Part shown: in pieces, positions 42,240 through 64,000 of the stretch | Layout of the letters: every line of letters starts with the position of its first letter | Numbering within the stretch: position 1 is the stretch's first letter | Assembly: GCA_963693365.1 (NCBI GenBank) | Contig: CAVNZM010000002.1 | Span: 620,001 to 684,000, forward strand | Direction: 5' to 3' | DNA from: Amoebidium appalachense | Taxonomy: Eukaryota; Protista; Ichthyosporea | Length of the DNA stretch: 64,000 bases | Notes under the pieces: generated by a model | What the model was told of the DNA's origin: nothing | The model's database searches: none | Seen by the model: the letters and a program-made list of their open reading frames with translations, nothing else | Position numbers and translations under genes: made by a program

Positions 42240-42248
42240 TGAATTAGT

Positions 42249-42291
<43 letters not shown>

Positions 42292-42849
42292 TGTCTGTGA
42301 CTCAGACTCTGCGTGTGTCTGCTTGTCTTTGTGTGCGTGTGTATGTTGTATGCCACGGTGTGCGCGTGTGTGTTATGTGTGTGTTGCGGGTGCAAATCAC
42401 GTACTGCTACGTATTCTTTTCGTTCAAAAACGTTACCCCGTGCTCTTTCTTTCTGCACGTGCGTGCGTGTCGTGGGCACGCACAAGTCCAGAGCCCAACC
42501 AAGGCGCAGCCCAGCCTGCCAGCCAGGCCAAACGAGGGCACGCCAAAAGCTTGCCAGAAGAGAGCCGGCAAATTGGCTCACTGTTAGAAACTATGCTGAT
42601 TGGTCTTTTGGCCTTACTAAAAATGTCAATGTTTGTTAAATTTTAACATTCTCCATACTACATAGACACAGTGTCATGCCGCCAAAAGTTTGTCTTGCCA
42701 GATGATTGAACAACTCTTCCGTAAGAGAGCTTTCCGCAAGTATAAGAGCCCGCACACTCACAAATCAGGTCCACTCAGTCAAGTTTCGTTCTAAGCGTAA
42801 ACACTTCTAGTTTTTCTTAATTCTCTCTCTCTCTCTTCCAACACTCACC

Positions 42850-44055
42850 ATGGCAAACCCTAGACGCCACTACGACCGTCTCACCCTTTCAGCCCTCCAT
42901 GTTCTCTCCCATGACCGCAGCCATGCTGTGAAGGGCATCCACCCCGCCACCCTTCGCCACTACCTCACCACCCACTATGCAGACTCCTTGGGTCTGCGCT
43001 GGGCTGTGTCTGTTGCGCGCCAACTTCGTCAACTCGAGACCAAGGGAGATGTGTTGGTGGTTGGCAGCGGGGCAGGAAAACGCTACCGCCTTTCTCCTTC
43101 CACCCGTCGCCATCTCAACCGCACACCCCTCAACATCACTACCCCATCTACCCCCAAATTCTCTCCCAAGCGCACCTCTGTACCGACCACCCCGTGCCGT
43201 GCTTCGTCCTCGACACGCAACAGCACAAGCACGGCACTCAAGGCCACCACTGGGCGCGTGCACGTTTTGGAGCAGCAACGTAGGGAGGCTGTGGCACGGG
43301 CCCGTGACTCGGCCCGTGAGTTGAGCTTTCTGAGGCAAGAGCACAACACCCTCCTGGCCCGCCTAGCTGATCACACAACCCCCACCACCACACAGCCCAC
43401 CTCGGCAGACACAGGGGTTGAAGACAGTGCCCTGGAATTTGATGACGTCAACCCCCCCACCCCCATGGCCCCTTCTACGTGTGGGGGGTGTGCAGACGCA
43501 GAGGGGAGGGTGGGGGAGGCACGTGCCGAGCTCGAGAAGGTGCAGGAAGAGCTGCACATGGCTGTAGCACGTGCACAGACGGCAGAGGAGAAGTTGGCTG
43601 CCTGCCAGGCCGAGTTGGAAGCATCCAGAACAGCACTTGCGCAAACAGAGGTCAGGGTGGGGGCTGTCGAGGCAGAGAGGGACACGTTGGCGGGACGTCT
43701 TCGTGACGTCAGCATGCAGCTTGATGACGTCACAGGCAGGGAGGCGGCACAGAGGCTGGCGGCAGACGCGGCACGGGCCCACGTGGTCGGGGTGTTGGGG
43801 GTGTTTGGGCGCCTGCAGGACGCCGCAAATTTGCTTGGTGGCACCCCCCTGCCACCTTCAATTATCGCACAGAGCCCCACCCCGATGGAAATTCAGGTGG
43901 AGGCGCAGGCTGGGGACGATGAGGGTAGACCCCCCTCCCCGAGCAGTGTTTTGATTGGTTTGTCCTCGGTGTGTCGCAGCCAATCAGTCTTGTCCGATGG
44001 TCCCGTGCCTTTTCTGACCCGAAAGTCCACTGAGGTGATTCTGAGCGATGAATAA
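42850..44055 (+). CDS. Linker histone H1/H5 (H15) winged-helix domain + coiled-coil protein, intronless
   Basis: 401-aa ORF. The N-terminal ~80 aa (YDRLTLSAL...KGIHPATLRHYLTTHY...RQLRQLETKGDVLVVGSGAGKRYRL) follow the H15 pattern. Then an S/T-P-rich basic linker and two heptad-rich segments. Confidence 0.75.
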   Translation: MANPRRHYDRLTLSALHVLSHDRSHAVKGIHPATLRHYLTTHYADSLGLRWAVSVARQLRQLETKGDVLVVGSGAGKRYRLSPSTRRHLNRTPLNITTPSTPKFSPKRTSVPTTPCRASSSTRNSTSTALKATTGRVHVLEQQRREAVARARDSARELSFLRQEHNTLLARLADHTTPTTTQPTSADTGVEDSALEFDDVNPPTPMAPSTCGGCADAEGRVGEARAELEKVQEELHMAVARAQTAEEKLAACQAELEASRTALAQTEVRVGAVEAERDTLAGRLRDVSMQLDDVTGREAAQRLAADAARAHVVGVLGVFGRLQDAANLLGGTPLPPSIIAQSPTPMEIQVEAQAGDDEGRPPSPSSVLIGLSSVCRSQSVLSDGPVPFLTRKSTEVILSDE

Positions 44056-45127
44056 TTGGTTTGTGCTGCAACTTTATGGGGGTTAAAGGTGTGCATGATC
44101 CAACTAGGGTGGCTGTGTTGCTGCGTTTTTTTTAAAGAAATAACGTTTTTGAAGTTTTTCCTTGTTATTGCCCTTTCTATCGCCATTTGGTTGCTGATTG
44201 GTGGCTAAATTTAGTAGCTCGCGCTCGTGCTTACATCTTGTGCATGCTTTGATACCCACATAGGTTTGATGTGTTTCTACTTTTTTTTGTCCCAACTAAC
44301 TATTATGGGAGCATGTTTCATTGACTGAAACTGACTGTTGTACATAACTTAATAAATTTATGAAACTTGCAAACCCATTCGATCTGGAAACAAACAAGTT
44401 TTTCTTGTGGGTGGAGCGTGGGGAGGGGAGAATGGGGGGAGGGGGGGGGGGGGGGGGGGGGGGGGAAGGGAGGAGGAGTGATGAAGAGAGGGATATGACA
44501 AAGGTACAGTAGAGACACGGGGGGGGGGGGGGGGGGGGGGCAGGGCCCAGGGAGGGTGAGGGGGGGGGGAGGGGGGGGGGGGGGGGGGGGGGGGGGACAA
44601 AGAGAGGGATGCAGACAACGACAGAGGAATACAAGTACGTAAACTTGGCCCCTCCCTCCCCCGCCTCCCCCCTCCCCCCCCCACCTCCCCCCCCCCCCCC
44701 CCCCCCCCCCCCCACCCCACACACACACACACCACCGCCACCACCACCACCACCACCACCACCACCAACAACTAGAATTGTAGAGACCATCACGCAGTCA
44801 CGTAGAAATCATTACCAAGTGTATGTTCCAAAAAGAGTGTGCACCAGACACTATTGTATTAGCATGTATCTGTGATAGGCCACACCCCATACACCCACAC
44901 CCACATACCATACGGAGACACGAAACATTCGGAGACACGAAACATTCAGCGACTCCCTGCATAATATACACGCAAACACATTGCATGCACAAAATGTTAC
45001 ACAGGCGCCCGTGGGCGCATGCGCGCACACACAAACTAAAAAGGCACACACGCCCACATGCATGCATGCAAGCACACACGCACGCAAGCATGCAAGCACG
45101 CACACACGCACACACGCACGTGCGCAC

Positions 45128-45196
<69 letters not shown>

Positions 45197-45623
45197 CTGC
45201 ACAGGAATAAATGGTGCATATTACGCACCAACACATGACCTGTAGCGCACACCCACAAATGAACACACACACACGATAGAGCCAAAAGAAAGAGACGCTT
45301 AAAGGAAGAGGCCATGCTGTTCTTTTATTGTCAGTAACCTTTAAGGTTAATGACATTTGATTTCTAAGGTACGACGGCCTAACTTATGGCCGCATTCGGT
45401 GTATCATATCATAAGAATAAAAACTATTAGTAGCCAAGTAGTATGAAACTTCCCTGCTTTCACCAACCCAGCTTGGGGTCTATATGCATGTACAGGCCTG
45501 TCCATATATACTTGGTTTTCTATTTTTCATTTGGTTTGGGAGGTGTGTCTGTACGTCCATGTGTTTGTGTGTGTGTGTGGGTGGGTGGGTGGGTGGGTGG
45601 AGGGGGAGGGGAGGGGGGGGGGG

Positions 45624-46468
45624 TTTGAATGCGGAACACAGTACGAAGTACGCATACACGATGAGAAGCATGGTGCAGGACACATGCAAAGGCAAACATT
45701 CAAGTATGCAGCATCAGCCATGCGCACAGTATGCGTCATAAGCAGAGCCCATCCTCAGGGAGGGCCCAAGTCATCAATTGCGTCTGAGTTTCGACCCCTT
45801 AGCCCGCGTATATACGACGCTCCAACTCAGACAGCAGCATCAACTGAACTTGGGTGGGTCAACCCGTCTTGATCAAAGACGAGCAGGGTTGCTTATGCAA
45901 GCAAGGTGAGCAAAACGGTGAAGATGTATGTGCAAACTAATGCAGTGCAGCGACAAACGCGTATGTGCTTACAGATGCACGACACAGAGCAACCATGCCC
46001 GGTTGCATGGAAGTAAAGATGTCTCCACACAGTGGTCTGTCCTGAAAGGACACCTCTGAAAGAAGACAGGGGGGGTTTGAATGCGGAACACAGTACGAAG
46101 TACGCATACACGATGAGAAGCATGGTGCAGGACACATGCAAAGGCAAACATTCAAGTATGCAGCATCAGCCATGCGCACAGTATGCGTCATAAGCAGAGC
46201 CCATCCTCAGGGAGGGCCCAAGTCATCAATTGCGTCTGAGTTTCGACCCCTTAGCCCGCGTATATACGACGCTCCAACTCAGACAGCAGCATCAACTGAA
46301 CTTGGGTGGGTCAACCCGTCTTGATCAAAGACGAGCAGGGTTGCTTATGCAAGCAAGGTGAGCAAAACGGTGAAGATGTATGTGCAAACTAATGCAGTGC
46401 AGCGACAAACGCGTATGTGCTTACAGATGCACGACACAGAGCAACCATGCCCGGTTGCATGGAAGTAA
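45624..46468 (-). mobile_element. Tandem pair of poly-C-associated elements (45624-46068 and 46076-46468)
   Basis: Two apparently identical copies separated by G7 (46069-46075), bounded by a G run on the left and G5 (46469-46473) on the right. The 3' ends are identical and the 5' ends differ. Confidence 0.9.
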
Positions 46469-47023
46469 GGGGGCTCTTGCAGGAAAGAACGAAAAAACAT
46501 CCGCTAGCATGCGAATATTTTATAAAGAGGTTGGAACTGGGGTATTGACGTGTGGCAATGTGTGTGTGTGTGCATGTTTGCGTGTGTGACAACCTTGTGC
46601 GTGTGTGTATGTGTGTGTGTGTGCGCGGTCTGTGTATTTGCGTGGGTGGGTGGGTGTACGCGTGCGCGTGTGCGTGCGTTGTGTGTGTGTGTGTGTGTGT
46701 GTGTGTGTCATCTGTATACATGTCAAAGTGTTGGTGCACACGTGTATGCTTGTGTGCTCTGCCTACGTCTTTGTGTGGTCCTTTAACCCAACACATGCCC
46801 ATGGCAGCAGGTATGGGATACTATTATATACATATTAAAGCACCGCCATTGACTGGGTTTAAAGAATATTCTGAACCAATGCTGCATCTAAAAATAGCCG
46901 CAAATAGGCACACATGCATTGATCCTTCCCACATGGTCTCCATGGAAACGTTAAAGTGCAAAGTGATTGGCTCAAAGGTAACTGCCGCATCTGATAGGCT
47001 ATCTTCATTGGCTAATCTAGATC

Positions 47024-52499
<5,476 letters not shown>

Positions 52500-53398
52500 C
52501 CTGGCTCAGCTCTGAGTCAGCTGCAGGCTGGCTGGCTAGCCTGGCCACTGCGGTCGAGCCCGCAATTTATTTTCCAATCATAACCAAGGAATAGAATTTG
52601 GCGCCTAGATCCACCAATGAAACTAGACACTCCTCCTGAGCTCTCAGAGGCTCTGGGCTGTTCAGAGGGCCGTGCTCCGAGGCCTGAACAGGCTCCGATA
52701 GACCGTGTTCAACTGTTCTAAGCGTTTTTGCGTGCTGTGTGTGTGTGTGATGTCTGTGTGGTGTGTGCGTTTGTATGTGCGTGCACGCGCGCGTGTGTAC
52801 GTGTCACAGTTTAAGGGATTAGAAGGGCGGGGCAAGGGGAGAGAGGACACGGTGGGAGGAGGACAGTTCGGATTCCCGGAACGAGAGCCCGGAGTACGCG
52901 TACTCAGGCGGGGAGGGAAGGAGGGGGGAAGGGGGGAGGGGGAGGAAGGGGGGGGGGATCCCCTTTGTGCAGGTCCAAAAAACATGAACAAAAGACAGAT
53001 AAGGTGCTATGAACACGGTTTAACTTGCTGTTTTTATTTCTCGTTGCCCCGTACAATCCTTGATTATTATGTGTTGTTTTATACTTTTGGTGTTTTTGTA
53101 TCTAAACGAGCCAGGAAGAAGTAAACAACGACTGCTATACAGCCTACGGATACACTTTGGCTTTTGAGCAACTTATATGAAGAATATTTCAAATGGTATT
53201 ATCATAAAGGCCCATAATTCGGAAGAATGGTTCAAATATGCATGACTAATCACTCAACCAGAGAAATAGCTCGACTATGACTAATATGTATACAATCCCT
53301 ACGGGGCCGCGAGCTCGAGTCATAAAAGTATCTGCACAGAGTTGTGTCCCCCCCCCCCCCCCCCCCCATCCCCCCCCCGGATCCACGTAAAAAGAGCT

Positions 53399-53451
<53 letters not shown>

Positions 53452-53896
53452 GGACACGGTATCCCTGTAAGATTACATACACTTCTGTTTGCACTTCTCG
53501 AGATGTAGCGAGTCGCAAACTATCATTCGTTTGGTATTATTCGAGCACAATAACACTATCATCCACACATGTGAAACCGACTGCATCCCTCTACAAACAC
53601 AGCCATAGCATTCAGACACAGCCACGTGCACGTGTGTGTTAATATACTTTCCCACAGTGAAGGAATGCCAACAAACACTTGTAGAACATTCTAGTGATGT
53701 GCTTAAGAGCTCACACATCAAAAACCTTCTCTCTAACATGTTTACCCTCTCTCCTCCCCCTTCTTGCCCCTCCTCAACACCCCCACCACCCTTCTCAGCT
53801 TTGCTTCCACGCAACACACACATGAATGTACTCTAAGATCTTGTCACTAACGAATTGTTACATTAAGCCCGTTCACCAAACTATCACCAAACAGGA

Positions 53897-60509
<6,613 letters not shown>

Positions 60510-61619
60510 ATCGTGTGTTCGCCTTGCCCAGCCCTGCGTGCAGAAAACAAATAGCCCGTTAACAAACACTACTTCATATAACACCCTGTTCTGAACTGTT
60601 GCACAAAAGAGTTGGTTTTGTAAAACAGCCTGCATCAAAGTTTTAAATAAACGACAACAGCGCCAGTATGATTATAAGACGTTAGTGAGAGCTGCAAACC
60701 CCCAAAAACGCATATGAAAAAATAAAAGAGCTCTGTCGTAATACGTATCGCAGACTAAAAGTGGTCATATGTGCATATAAGCAACTAATTTAGGCAGTAC
60801 TACTTTCGTCTCAAAAACAGAAGGATACAATTAACCGTTCCCTGGTTTTGGCCAGCCAACTAGACTATACGAATTGCATCCTTGGATTGTGTTACAAGGG
60901 AAAGCATCTGGGAAAAATAGACCTGTTGTAAGTTTCTCTCTTTTCATATCAAATTGTGACCCGCTTGTACTTATTAGCAGGCTCACCCCATCTCCACTTT
61001 CTTTAAATCCCACACACCATTTTCAAGTACCTGCTTCTGCACAATCTGCTTCACACAGCGCCATTACTGACTCTGAAGGACTTGAGGCAAACGAAGGTTG
61101 CCGCTGCATATTTGCTTGTTACGTGTGAGACAGTGAGATAATAAGTAGAAGAAAGAGAAAGCATCAACCGAGACTCGACTTGAACGAAACTATAAGGGAA
61201 AAACGTAAACGAAACCGTATCCGGACTGCCGTATGCTGAGTTGTTGATATATGCACCTAAAAAAGAGGCGCTGTTCAACAGTAGATATTGTAGTCGACTT
61301 AATACCCCCTTGTTAGTATAATATCAGTGATATCTGCTCAAACGGTTCCAGCTCAGTGAACGGGAAAAGTACCGTCGAGAGGAGCCGGCTCGAACTCTGT
61401 GATTCACCATTACAGTACATGGCGTTTTCTGCTCGCTCTTAGACGATTTTACTTTCTCCTCCTCTACCTTCCCTCCTTTTTTATGCCCAGTTGTTACTTA
61501 CAAAACTATACCTCATTGAAAGCTATGTGGCCACAACGAAGTTCTTTGTGCCACGGTGCCTTAGGCTTAGAACCGATTTGGTCCATCTTTCTTTGTGAAT
61601 GTGAACTGTGATATTAGAA

Positions 61620-61712
61620 AATTTTGCGCCAAAAATCAGCACTCAGTGCTTTGATTGGTTAACGAATACTCACAGTATTGTGATTGGACGATAATAGATC
61701 GCGCGGGAAAGT
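61620..61712. promoter_or_regulatory. E2F-type sites and CCAAT boxes in the divergent cyclin / UBZ4-gene intergenic region
   Basis: GCGCCAAA (=TTTGGCGC) at ~61626, GCGCGGGAAA (=TTTCCCGCGC) at 61701, GATTGG at ~61653 and ~61682. Confidence 0.55.
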
Positions 61713-62058
61713 GTTGTGGGCAAAGCTTGATCAAGAAGCTTGGAGACTTTGGCCCAGACTGACTTCAAGTTGCTCAAGTGTGGGCAGTGAGTTACAGTTG
61801 CTGTTTGTGTTTTTAAAAAGTTTCCACCGTATATCAATAAGGAATGTATATTGATTGACCAAAGCGAAAAAAATTGGCTGTTTCGTTGCGTTTTTGCCCA
61901 CCTGTTGTCGACTGTTTACTAAAGGACCAATACGTTTCGGTTCTCAACGGCACTGTGACAACTACCGTGACACAGTTTCGAGGAGGAAACCAAAAAAGCA
62001 AAAAAAAAGAAAACTGATTCAAAAAAAAACTTAGTGAATTTTTATATAAAGCTTTATC

Positions 62059-64000
<1,942 letters not shown>

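Overview
Eukaryotic genomic DNA. It is probably from a unicellular opisthokont such as a holozoan protist; this is inferred from gene content and intron style, not demonstrated. Most ORFs in the supplied track are artefacts of (CA)n/(TG)n, (AG)n and poly-C/poly-G tracts. Spliced genes reconstructed by hand: a cathepsin Z-like protease (-), a GCKIII Ste20 kinase of the STK24/25/26 type (+), a class IV aminotransferase/ADC-lyase-like gene (-), an A/B-type cyclin (-) and the 5' part of a UBZ4 zinc-finger gene, probably WRNIP1/Mgs1 (+). Three genes are intronless: an LHT-like amino-acid transporter, a C2H2 zinc-finger protein and an H15 linker-histone-domain/coiled-coil protein. Most unusual signals: (1) a family of structured, variably 5'-truncated elements with a fixed 3' end, always sitting in poly-C runs, with one relative apparently supplying an intron branch point; (2) a head-to-head duplicated, decayed RING-finger + HNH-nuclease gene, one copy interrupted by a LINE relic ending in (CA)n; (3) introns with very weak or GC donors, flanked by C/G runs and CA/GT microsatellites. 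A TIR-bounded MITE is also present.
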